From IMG/VR virus record IMGVR_UViG_3300046694_000296, positions 1 to 64,000 of that record: a stretch of DNA of 64,000 nt. The stretch is one strand, 5' to 3'. A program made the translations under genes and the position numbers. Within the stretch, counting starts at the first letter, position 1. The number at the start of each line of letters is the position of its first letter. Below the pieces are notes generated by a model. That model made no database searches. It had not been told where the DNA came from and saw nothing but the letters and a program-made list of their open reading frames with translations. Below, one piece after another: positions 24,557 to 32,737 of this stretch.

Positions 24557-25160
24557 GCTCGCGTCCCTTTACGTGCCCGTGCTCGCAGCGCAGATTACCG
24601 CGCTGTGGCCCACGATGCCCGCCCCGTCAACGCTCGCCGCGCAGGTCGAGCAAGAGACATGCGTCTCGCTCACGTCAACCCGCTGCTGGAACCCCAAGAC
24701 CGAGCTCAAGACGAGCCGCGAATACGGGTTCGGCCTCGGCCAGCTCACCATCGCCCCGAAGTTCAACAACTTCGAGGCAGCGAAGGGCTGGGACAAGTCG
24801 CTCAAGACCTGGAAGTGGGAAGACCGGTTCGACCCGACGATGCAGCTCCGCGCGCTCGTCGCCTACGACCGCAACCTCTTTAACTCGATCAAGTTCGGCG
24901 CGACGCCCGACGACCGCCTGCAGTTCACCTTCTCGGCCTACAACGGCGGGCTCGGCGGCGTCATCAACGACCGGCACGTCTGCATGGCGACCAAGGGCTG
25001 CAACCCCGAAAAGTGGTTCGGCAACGTCGAGAAGACGAGCCTGAAGGTGAAGACCGCCGTCAAAGGCTACGGCCAGAGCTTCTTCGAAATCAACCGCGGC
25101 TACGTGCGCTCGATCTGGTTCGATCGGCGCCAGCGCTACACCTTCATGGAAGCGAAATGA
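24546..25160 (+). CDS. Endolysin, lytic transglycosylase (SLT) family
   Basis: 'AAQVEQET', 'GLGQL', 'SAYNGGLG' SLT motifs. Confidence 0.85.
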   Translation: MLPKLASLYVPVLAAQITALWPTMPAPSTLAAQVEQETCVSLTSTRCWNPKTELKTSREYGFGLGQLTIAPKFNNFEAAKGWDKSLKTWKWEDRFDPTMQLRALVAYDRNLFNSIKFGATPDDRLQFTFSAYNGGLGGVINDRHVCMATKGCNPEKWFGNVEKTSLKVKTAVKGYGQSFFEINRGYVRSIWFDRRQRYTFMEAK

Positions 25161-25750
25161 GAAACGCCGCACTGATTCTCCTCGCCGCGCTCGCGGTGTT
25201 CCTCGCCGGCGTCATGGCCGGCATGTCGCATTCAAGCACCTCGGCGCTCAAGCAGGAAGTGAAGGCCGAGCACGTCACCGCTCAGCAGAACGCGACGAAC
25301 GTCGCCAAGGCCCAGGACGCGAGCGTGAAGGTCGAGGCGAAGACCGCGGCCACGGCGGCCGCCGTTGACACCAACAAGGTCCAGATCAAGAAGCGCGTCA
25401 CCGCGCAGATTCAGCGGCAGGCCGCTGTCACCTCTACGGAGAACCACCCCGATGCTGCAAGTCCTGAAACGAGCACTGCTGGCAACAGCTGCGGCTTTAG
25501 TCTCGACGTTGGCACTGTGCGCATGCTCAACGCCAGTCGTCAAGGAACCGCTTTTGATCCCGCCCGCGGCGGCAATGAAGCGAGCGACGCCGCTCCAGCC
25601 CTTTGCTTTACCGACTTCATCGACGCCGACCAGGACCTGACGAAGCTCTACCTCGATTTGTCCGAGCGCCACAACGCGCTCGTTGATTCGGTGGAGCAGT
25701 TCCAGTCCGAGCAACGCTCCCGGCTCGGCATCAAGGAACAGAAAGACTGA
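25157..25750 (+). CDS. Inner-membrane spanin (Rz-like)
   Basis: N-terminal TM then coiled coil; 'C...GTVRMLNAS' motif; follows endolysin. Confidence 0.75.
   Translation: MRNAALILLAALAVFLAGVMAGMSHSSTSALKQEVKAEHVTAQQNATNVAKAQDASVKVEAKTAATAAAVDTNKVQIKKRVTAQIQRQAAVTSTENHPDAASPETSTAGNSCGFSLDVGTVRMLNASRQGTAFDPARGGNEASDAAPALCFTDFIDADQDLTKLYLDLSERHNALVDSVEQFQSEQRSRLGIKEQKD
25452..25640 (+). CDS. Outer-membrane spanin lipoprotein (Rz1-like), embedded in +1 frame
   Basis: MLQVLKRALLATAAALVSTLALCA|C lipobox; Pro-rich mature part; lies fully inside the Rz-like gene. Confidence 0.75.
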   Translation: MLQVLKRALLATAAALVSTLALCACSTPVVKEPLLIPPAAAMKRATPLQPFALPTSSTPTRT

Positions 25751-25755
25751 GCACC

Positions 25756-25780
25756 GGCCCGGCACACGTCGGGCCTTTTT
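25756..25780 (+). terminator. Rho-independent terminator after lysis cassette
   Basis: GGCCCGGC-ACAC-GTCGGGCC-TTTTT. Confidence 0.75.
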
Positions 25781-25800
25781 ACTTCCGAGGAGCACTACTG

Positions 25801-26550
25801 ATGGCAAAGCAACCCCGACGCGCCGAACAACAACCGCGCAATTCTAAGCGCCGCACCGAGACGATGCTGAACGAGCTCGAGATGGAGCAGAAGGTGCCGT
25901 TTCGCGCGCCGCCGCCCTTGGCGCCAAAGACCGACTCGCAACGCCGCTACATGAACGCCATCAAGCACTTCCGGCTCGTCTTCGGCACGGGGCCGGCCGG
26001 CACAGGCAAGACCTACATTGCGGGCGCCATCGCCGCACAGCGCCTCGCCGACAAGGAGATCGAGAAGATCGTGATCACCCGGCCGGCGGTTGACGCGGGC
26101 GAGAGCCTGGGTTTTCTGCCGGGAGAGCTCGAGGAGAAGTATGGCGTCTACATTCAGCCGTTTCGCGACGTGCTCGATGAGCGGCTCGGCAAGAGCTTCG
26201 TGGACTACCTGCTGCGCACCGGCCGCATCGAGGCTGCACCGCTCGCATTCATGCGCGGCCGCACCTTCAAGAATGCGCTGATCGTGCTCGACGAGGCGCA
26301 GAACACGACGCCCACGCAGATGAAGCTGTTCCTCACCCGCATCGGCGAGAACTGCACCGTGGTGGTCAACGGCGATTTGAAGCAGAAGGACATTTCCGGC
26401 CCGAGCGGCCTCGAGGATGCCCTGAAGCGCCTCTCGTTCATTCCGAGCGTCAAGGTGGTGGAGTTCGGCCGCAAGGATGTCGTCCGCAGCGGCCTGGTTC
26501 AAGAAGTGGTGGAGGCGTATGAACAAAACGAGGCACTCGCCTATACCTAA
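25801..26550 (+). CDS. phoH: PhoH-family ATPase
   Basis: GPAGTGKT, 'ITRPAV', 'LGFLPG', 'MRGRTF', 'DEAQN', 'GD..Q.D'. Confidence 0.95.
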   Translation: MAKQPRRAEQQPRNSKRRTETMLNELEMEQKVPFRAPPPLAPKTDSQRRYMNAIKHFRLVFGTGPAGTGKTYIAGAIAAQRLADKEIEKIVITRPAVDAGESLGFLPGELEEKYGVYIQPFRDVLDERLGKSFVDYLLRTGRIEAAPLAFMRGRTFKNALIVLDEAQNTTPTQMKLFLTRIGENCTVVVNGDLKQKDISGPSGLEDALKRLSFIPSVKVVEFGRKDVVRSGLVQEVVEAYEQNEALAYT

Positions 26551-26741
26551 AAGGCACGACACAGCGCAGCTTCGGCATCTAAGGCATCGTTGATCGCTTT
26601 GCAGGGCAGCGCGTCAAGCATCAAGACGCGCCGGTTCGCCGGGCGCGACCGTGCCGAGCGGCTGAGTATTAAAGGTATTGACACCAGTGTCGTTATCTAT
26701 CGTTACGGCCTTGTAGCCTCCAAACAACGAATTAGAGAAAT

Positions 26742-27302
26742 GTGATGTCACTGATACCTTGTCCCGAATGCGAAGCTGAAGTCAGCACCAATGCCGCCGC
26801 GTGTCCCAAATGCGGGAATCCTTTGGCGTTCAAAACGGCAGAGCCGCTGAAGAAAATGCCCAGTCGGCTATTTGAGGTGGTCCGTGGAGCGGTAATAATC
26901 CTCCTTGCGTTCATCGCAATTCATTTTTACGTGGAATACGCAGGCAAGCAAACGACTACGAGCGTCGAACGCGAGCCCGCCGCGCGACCTGCCGTAACAG
27001 TCACCGCGGTCAGACTGCTGCACGACTACCAGGAGAATGAAGTAGCGGCTGACGACTACTACAAAGGGCGCGGCGTGTCCGTGGACGGAATAGTCCAAGG
27101 CATTAAGAAGGATTTTAGGGACAACACGTTCATTCAACTTCGCACCGCAGAACGGTTCTCACCAGTTCACGCCTACATTAAAGCGAGCCAAGGGAAGGTC
27201 GCGGCAGACCTTGAACGAGGAGATAAGGTTCACGTCGACTGCACTGGAGCTGGAATGATTGTTGGCTCGCCGATCCTGAACAACTGCGACGTATCGCGCT
27301 AA
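26742..27302 (+). CDS. Accessory membrane protein: zinc ribbon - TM - OB-fold-like domain
   Basis: CPEC..CPKCG ribbon, one TM, 'Y.ENEVAAD..YKG..V.V.G.V' OB-like motif; more AT-rich codon usage. Confidence 0.7.
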   Translation: MMSLIPCPECEAEVSTNAAACPKCGNPLAFKTAEPLKKMPSRLFEVVRGAVIILLAFIAIHFYVEYAGKQTTTSVEREPAARPAVTVTAVRLLHDYQENEVAADDYYKGRGVSVDGIVQGIKKDFRDNTFIQLRTAERFSPVHAYIKASQGKVAADLERGDKVHVDCTGAGMIVGSPILNNCDVSR

Positions 27303-27358
27303 ACCACTTCAGGCACCGAACCCTCCCCGGGCCGCGTGATCTTGTAGGAAGGAGGGGA

Positions 27359-27481
27359 GTGGAACACTTGGGGCTCGGAAGCGCGTCCCTCTATATCTAT
27401 CCCATTTTCAATTCTTTCTATACTGATAAGTAGAAGCTTATTTTAATTTAGGGAACCGCGAGGAAGCCCCAAGTGATCCAC
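27359..27481 (+). promoter_or_regulatory. Long inverted repeat enclosing an AT-rich loop with TATACT; 3' arm covers the GTG start of ORF 27473
   Basis: GTGGAACACTTGGGGCT (27359-27375) / AGCCCCAAGTGATCCAC (27465-27481), 16 of 17 paired; inner CGCG and TCCCT/AGGGA pairs. Confidence 0.6.
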
Positions 27482-28174
27482 CACACCACGTTTTACGGCA
27501 AAGAACTGACGGTCGCGGACTGCGAAATCCTCGCGCTGACCCGCGTCGATCCCTCGCTGCGGGCGGCCGAGAGCCTGCTTTTCGGCCGCAAGTGGTTCGA
27601 CTACCGCGTCTTCCACCCCGTGCAAGCCACCTATCTCTTCGCCCACGAATACGCGGAAAGCACCAAGCGCGCATACGCCCGCCAAAAAGACATTCGCACA
27701 GTCGCGGGCGTGCAGGGGTTCGATGTCGAAAAGCTTTTCGAGAACCGCGAACTCTCCGCGATGTGGCGGGCACGTCAATCCTTTGATGCGATCGGCTGCC
27801 GCTACGACTTCGCCATCGACTTCATCATGAGGCGATTCTGTGAGCGCGGCTGGAGAGTGTGCCCCCGGCCCAACCAGCTCTACGCGGAGGAGGTCGTGCT
27901 CGACGTGCGCGACGCCTGGCAGCGCGAGTGCAAGGCAAAGATGCAGATCGCCAAGCAAGAGCGGTTCGATGCGCGCCGCTACACCGGCCACCCCGACCAG
28001 AAAGCCTACCAGGCGTGGCAAGTCGATCAGGTCAAAACCCGCGGCGGCAACCGAGCCATGCTGCTCGGACGACTGCTGCAGGAGAACGTGCTCGCCGAAG
28101 CGGTAGTGAGCGCGGCATTCGGCGAGGCGACCCTCTTACAAGCACGCAAGTTCGTTGTCTCATCCAATAAGTAA
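27473..28174 (+). CDS. Conserved phage protein heading the replication cluster
   Basis: 233 aa, phage-like codon usage, AGGA RBS; function not recognised. Confidence 0.7.
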   Translation: MIHHTTFYGKELTVADCEILALTRVDPSLRAAESLLFGRKWFDYRVFHPVQATYLFAHEYAESTKRAYARQKDIRTVAGVQGFDVEKLFENRELSAMWRARQSFDAIGCRYDFAIDFIMRRFCERGWRVCPRPNQLYAEEVVLDVRDAWQRECKAKMQIAKQERFDARRYTGHPDQKAYQAWQVDQVKTRGGNRAMLLGRLLQENVLAEAVVSAAFGEATLLQARKFVVSSNK

Positions 28175-28236
28175 TTCGTTACTATACTGGTGAGCAGACG
28201 ACCTAACGTCTCATTCAATTCAACCCGGAGTTTCAC

Positions 28237-28689
28237 ATGAGCCTTACCCCCGAACAAGCCCGCGCCGAACAAGTCGCATATGGCCGCTCGACGCTGCGCG
28301 CCAACCCCGACTACCCGCGTCGCATTCAGCAACCCGCACGCGAAGGTTACGGCTCGCGCCCGCCGCTCGCACGCAAGCCGAACACCGGTGGTCACGACGT
28401 GATCCTGAAGGCGATGCAAGAGGGCGGCCAGAAGGCGACGATTATCACGCAGGGCGACGGCGTTGCGTTCGAAGGCGTCATCACGGGTCGCGACAAATAC
28501 ACGATCACGCTCAAGACGGCGCACCCGGACAAAGAGCGTGCGGCTGCGGGCGAGACGGTTCGCCGTGTGTTCTACAAAAGCGCCATCGAGCAGTTCTGGG
28601 GCGAAGAGGTCCGTCGCAACATTCACGACACCGAGCGCGACGAAGAAGGCTTCCGGTCGCTCGCTGAAATGACCAAGGCGGTGAACTGA
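28237..28689 (+). CDS. Hfq/Sm-like RNA-binding protein
   Basis: HDVILKAM (cf. QDPFLNAL), DGVAFEGVITGRDKYTITL (Sm1), VFYKSAI (cf. MVYKHAI, Sm2). Confidence 0.72.
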   Translation: MSLTPEQARAEQVAYGRSTLRANPDYPRRIQQPAREGYGSRPPLARKPNTGGHDVILKAMQEGGQKATIITQGDGVAFEGVITGRDKYTITLKTAHPDKERAAAGETVRRVFYKSAIEQFWGEEVRRNIHDTERDEEGFRSLAEMTKAVN

Positions 28690-30077
28690 TGACCGCAGCC
28701 GCTCCCGCACTCACCGTGGTGCCGGCGGCGAGGGCGGTCGAGGAACCTCCCAAGTTCAACTTTGACGCGGAGTTCCAGGCACGCATCGCCGCGCTGACGC
28801 TGCGCGACACGACCTTCAACGGAATGGTCGACGGGCTTATCCGTCCCGAATATTTCGAGTCGGAGATCGAAGCCTACCTCGTGGGCACGACGCTGCGTTA
28901 CTTCGGCAAATACAAGAAGGCGCCCTCGGGCTTGCCGATCTACGCCTCGCTCATTCGCGAGGACATTGATTCGAAGGTGCTGCCGAAGAACCTCGCGGCT
29001 GCCGCCATCGGCCGGCTGAAGGAGCTTTTCACCGAAGACATCTCGGATCGCAACTACGTTGTCGATCAGATCGCTACCTTCGCCCGCCACCAGGCGGTGC
29101 AAGAAGCGATGTTCAAGGCGATCCCGATGCTCGACAAGGGCAACTTCGATGCGATCTCCACGCTCATGCGTGGCGCGCTCGACGTGGGCGCGACGACCGG
29201 CGACGACGAGTATGACTACGGCGCCGAGATCGACAGTCGCACGGCCACGCGCTTGCAGCGCGCCGCGGGCACCGCGCCGCCGAGCGGGATCACGACCGGT
29301 TACAAGGTGATCGACGAGCTCCTGTATCACAAAGGCTGGGGGCGCAAGGAGCTGCAGGTGATTCTCGGCGGCCCGAAAGCGGGCAAGACGACGAGCCTGA
29401 TCGACTTCGGCCTGAACGCATGGGCCGCTGGCTACAACGTGCTGTATGCGTCGTGCGAAGTGGGCAAGGACGTCATCAGCGCCCGGATGGACGCGAACGT
29501 CTCGCAGACGCTCTTCAAGGAGCTCGACCACCACACGCACGAAGTCCGGCAGAAGGTGTCGGACTACGTGAGCAAGTGCCTGCGATCGGACGGCACGAAG
29601 TCGGCATTCAAGGTCCACGAATACCCGACGGGCGGGCTGAAGCCTTCGGAGCTGCGGCGTCTCCTCGAGCGCTACAAGGCGAAGGGCGTCAAGTTCGATC
29701 TGGTGATCGTCGACTACGCCGACATCATGTGCCCGGAGCGGCACACCGACAGCGCCATCGAGAACAGCAAGTCGATTTACGTGGACCTGCGCGGTATCGC
29801 CATTCACGAAGACTGTGCGGTGCTGACGGCAACACAAGCGAACCGGGTAGGGGCGAGCGCGAACGTCATCAAGATGGATCACGTCGCGGACGACTTCAAC
29901 AAGGTCCGTATTGCTGACCTCATGATTTCGATTAACCGCACCGACGAAGAGCGCGCAGCGGGCCGGGCCCGGTTGTTCTTCGCGGCGTCTCGCAATCAGG
30001 AGGGTGAATTCACCATCGAGATTGAGCAGGCGCTTGACCGCATGAAATTCATCACCCGAGTCCTCGGGTTCGTTTAA
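28689..30077 (+). CDS. dnaB: DnaB-like replicative helicase
   Basis: Walker A GGPKAGKT, 'LVIVDYAD', 'TATQANR'. Confidence 0.9.
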   Translation: MTAAAPALTVVPAARAVEEPPKFNFDAEFQARIAALTLRDTTFNGMVDGLIRPEYFESEIEAYLVGTTLRYFGKYKKAPSGLPIYASLIREDIDSKVLPKNLAAAAIGRLKELFTEDISDRNYVVDQIATFARHQAVQEAMFKAIPMLDKGNFDAISTLMRGALDVGATTGDDEYDYGAEIDSRTATRLQRAAGTAPPSGITTGYKVIDELLYHKGWGRKELQVILGGPKAGKTTSLIDFGLNAWAAGYNVLYASCEVGKDVISARMDANVSQTLFKELDHHTHEVRQKVSDYVSKCLRSDGTKSAFKVHEYPTGGLKPSELRRLLERYKAKGVKFDLVIVDYADIMCPERHTDSAIENSKSIYVDLRGIAIHEDCAVLTATQANRVGASANVIKMDHVADDFNKVRIADLMISINRTDEERAAGRARLFFAASRNQEGEFTIEIEQALDRMKFITRVLGFV

Positions 30078-30087
30078 GGAGCACGTT

Positions 30088-30426
30088 GTGAAAGAGCGTT
30101 CGTTGATCCTGATTTACCGCGACTGGACAGCCCTCAAGGCGTTTCGTGATACGCACCGCCTTTACGGCGCAATCCCTGCACGCGCCGATCGCCTGCAGAC
30201 CGACCTGATGGGTCGCATGGCGTTCGACTTCATGCTGGTGGACACCGAGCTCGCGCCGCACTGGGAGGACGAGCTCAATCGCCGTCAGTGCGTGCATGTG
30301 GTGCCGGTCGTGCGGCTGCGCTACCGCATCGTCGAGGCAATCGCCAACACCGTCGAGCGCGTGCTGCACCGCATTATCGCGGCCTTCTGCGTCGATCGCT
30401 GCCGGCGCGTGCGGGTGGTGCGGTGA
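30088..30426 (+). CDS. Hypothetical protein
   Basis: AAGGAG RBS; fills gap between helicase and primase. Confidence 0.55.
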   Translation: MKERSLILIYRDWTALKAFRDTHRLYGAIPARADRLQTDLMGRMAFDFMLVDTELAPHWEDELNRRQCVHVVPVVRLRYRIVEAIANTVERVLHRIIAAFCVDRCRRVRVVR

Positions 30427-31520
30427 ACGACGATCTCGGCGAGCTCCTCGAGCGCGTCGACATGGCTGCCTATCTCGACCGCGAGGGCATCTCCTACCGG
30501 GAGACGCACGGACGGTCGGGCCAGCAGTTGAACATTCGCGAGTGCCCGCTGTGCGGCAACAGCGATTGGAAGGTCTACGTCAATGCTGAGTCGGGCGTGG
30601 GCAACTGCTTTGCAGGCTCCCACCCGGCTGAAGAGCGCTTCTTCACGAAATACAAGTTCATCCGTGCCCACCTCGGCTCGCCGATGGGCGGTAAGGTGGT
30701 CGATCACATTCGCGTGTTCGCGCGTGAAATGGGCTGGCGGCCCGCGCGACGCGTCTCAGCCAAGGTCGAGAACGCACCGGGCGCGTGGGAGTTGCCCAAG
30801 CACGTCACGCTGCCGCACAACGGGCAGAACATGCCGTATCTGGAGAACCGCGGGATCGACTCGGAGCTCGCCGCCTATTTTCACCTCGGCTACTGCGCGA
30901 ACGGGGCGAGCTTCCGATACCTGTCTGAGCGTGGCTGGGCCTCGCAGGACTGGTCCCGTCGCATTCTGATCCCGGTCTATGACCTCGACGGCAAGATCGC
31001 GACCTTCCAGGGGCGTGACGTGACGGGCCGGGCAGAAAAGAAATACCTGTTCCCGCCGGGCATCGACGGCTCGGGCGTGCACCTGTTCAACGGGCTGAAC
31101 GTCCGCGACACGAGACGTATCGTGGTGGGTGAGGGCGCATTCGACGTGGCGGCGACCAAGATCGCGCTCGACGGCGACGCCGAGCTGCGCGACGTGGTGC
31201 CGGTGGGCACCTTCGGCAAGCACCTCTCCTCGGGCAGCGAGAACAGCCAGCTCGCAAAGTTCCAGACGTTGAAAGAGCGCGGCGTCGAAGAGGTAACGCT
31301 CATGTGGGACGGCGAGGTCCAGGCCACCGACGACGCGATTGTGGCGGGCCTGCTGCTCAAGTCAGTCGGCTTGCGCGTGCGCGTGGCGATGCTGCCGGCA
31401 GGGTGCGATCCGAACGAGGTGTCGGCCGACGTAGTGCGCCAGGCGTTCTACCAGGCGAGGCTGCTCGACCGCCGCTCGGCGCTGGAAATCATGACGCTTC
31501 GTCGCAAAATGAATGGATAA
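30423..31520 (+). CDS. DNA primase (Zn-finger + TOPRIM)
   Basis: CPLC..C..H zinc site, 'YLENRGI', 'FQGR', 'VGEGAFD', 'WDGE', 'DPNE'. Confidence 0.9.
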   Translation: MNDDLGELLERVDMAAYLDREGISYRETHGRSGQQLNIRECPLCGNSDWKVYVNAESGVGNCFAGSHPAEERFFTKYKFIRAHLGSPMGGKVVDHIRVFAREMGWRPARRVSAKVENAPGAWELPKHVTLPHNGQNMPYLENRGIDSELAAYFHLGYCANGASFRYLSERGWASQDWSRRILIPVYDLDGKIATFQGRDVTGRAEKKYLFPPGIDGSGVHLFNGLNVRDTRRIVVGEGAFDVAATKIALDGDAELRDVVPVGTFGKHLSSGSENSQLAKFQTLKERGVEEVTLMWDGEVQATDDAIVAGLLLKSVGLRVRVAMLPAGCDPNEVSADVVRQAFYQARLLDRRSALEIMTLRRKMNG

Positions 31521-31568
31521 GTTACGCGTTACTATACTGTTACATAACGATAAATCAGGGAGGGCGAA

Positions 31569-32045
31569 ATGCCAGGTTGTCAGATTCGCCGCAGGTTTTC
31601 GCACCACAAGCTCGGCACGAAGGCTTATCAGGTATGGGAAGTCCAGCACAACAACGCCGTGGTCGTGGTCTTCCAATACGGCTCTTTCACGATGGGTCGC
31701 GACGCGGTGACGATGGGCGGCACGATCGACGTGAACGAAGCGATGCACCCGATGAACGCCGACATGTTCGCGACGAAGAAGGTCACCGAGAAGAAGCGGC
31801 GCGGCTATGAGGAGTGGGTCGTCGAGACGTGCCCGTGCAGCGGCTACAACGACTTCCGCGAGATCCTCCAGACGGCATTCGGCAGCGGAAAGGCCAGCAC
31901 GATCGTCGCGAAACTGGATCAGTTCAACCTCGCTGTCGGGTCCAACCCCGCGCCAACGGTCGATCCCGAAAATGATGACAAGGGCAAAGCGAAAGCGCCC
32001 GCAATCGAAATCGAACAATCCTCGCCCGAATGGGGCAGCTGGTAG
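31569..32045 (+). CDS. WGR-like domain protein with C-terminal SPEWGSW
   Basis: 'KAYQVW....VVVFQYG....A..F..KKVTEKKRRGY' resembles WGR-domain pattern. Confidence 0.55.
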   Translation: MPGCQIRRRFSHHKLGTKAYQVWEVQHNNAVVVVFQYGSFTMGRDAVTMGGTIDVNEAMHPMNADMFATKKVTEKKRRGYEEWVVETCPCSGYNDFREILQTAFGSGKASTIVAKLDQFNLAVGSNPAPTVDPENDDKGKAKAPAIEIEQSSPEWGSW

Positions 32046-32056
32046 GAGAGAGAGTG

Positions 32057-32734
32057 ATGACCACCGAAACCGCCGTCGAAGCAAAACCGATTCTGCCGCC
32101 GTCCGTGTCTGCGGACGCGAAGCGCAACGCCTTCTACACGAAGTGCCCGGAGCAGCAATCGACCAAGCCCTACGCGATGTGCCAATACATCGCGGCCAAT
32201 CAGGGCGACGACTCGATCAAGACGCTCTACGGCGATTGTCTGAGCGCGATTCACCGCGGCCGCTGCGTCGCGGTCGGTATGCGCGAGGAAGAGGAGCTCA
32301 AGGGCCAGGCAATTTACTTCGTCGAGCGCGTCAAAGGCGAGGCGCTGGTCGCCGCGCAGACGACGTGGGCCGCAAGCGCGCCGAAGCGCGGGTATCAGCG
32401 CAACAAGTATTCAGAGGGCGCGAGCTTGCAGCCCGCGCCGCGCGTCGCTATCCCGCGCCCGAGCACGCCTGCGCCCGCACCGAAGAAACCCGCGTTCGAG
32501 TTCGACGGCAACATCTACGCCGCCGCGCTAAACGCCGCAGTGAAGAAGGAGCGCAACGCAACTAACGATCAGGCTACGCCTGCAAAGGTGACGCCCGCCG
32601 CTGCCGCGCCGGTCGCACCGACCCCGGCTCCCCAGCCGGAAGCCGCACCCGCACCCATCAACATGACCAGGCGCGCGGGCGAGTCGCCTCTCGAAATGGC
32701 TCGCCGCCTTCGCGCACAACAAGGGAGTAAGTAA
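32057..32734 (+). CDS. Hypothetical protein (4-Cys N-domain, Pro/Ala linker)
   Basis: GGAG RBS; four Cys in N-domain; terminal 'GESPLEMARR'. Confidence 0.7.
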   Translation: MTTETAVEAKPILPPSVSADAKRNAFYTKCPEQQSTKPYAMCQYIAANQGDDSIKTLYGDCLSAIHRGRCVAVGMREEEELKGQAIYFVERVKGEALVAAQTTWAASAPKRGYQRNKYSEGASLQPAPRVAIPRPSTPAPAPKKPAFEFDGNIYAAALNAAVKKERNATNDQATPAKVTPAAAAPVAPTPAPQPEAAPAPINMTRRAGESPLEMARRLRAQQGSK

Positions 32735-32737
32735 CAC

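Noticed and set aside
27428-27443. AAGTAGA-AG-CTTATTT as another copy of the palindromic box
   Set aside because: Too many mismatches at conserved positions; not counted
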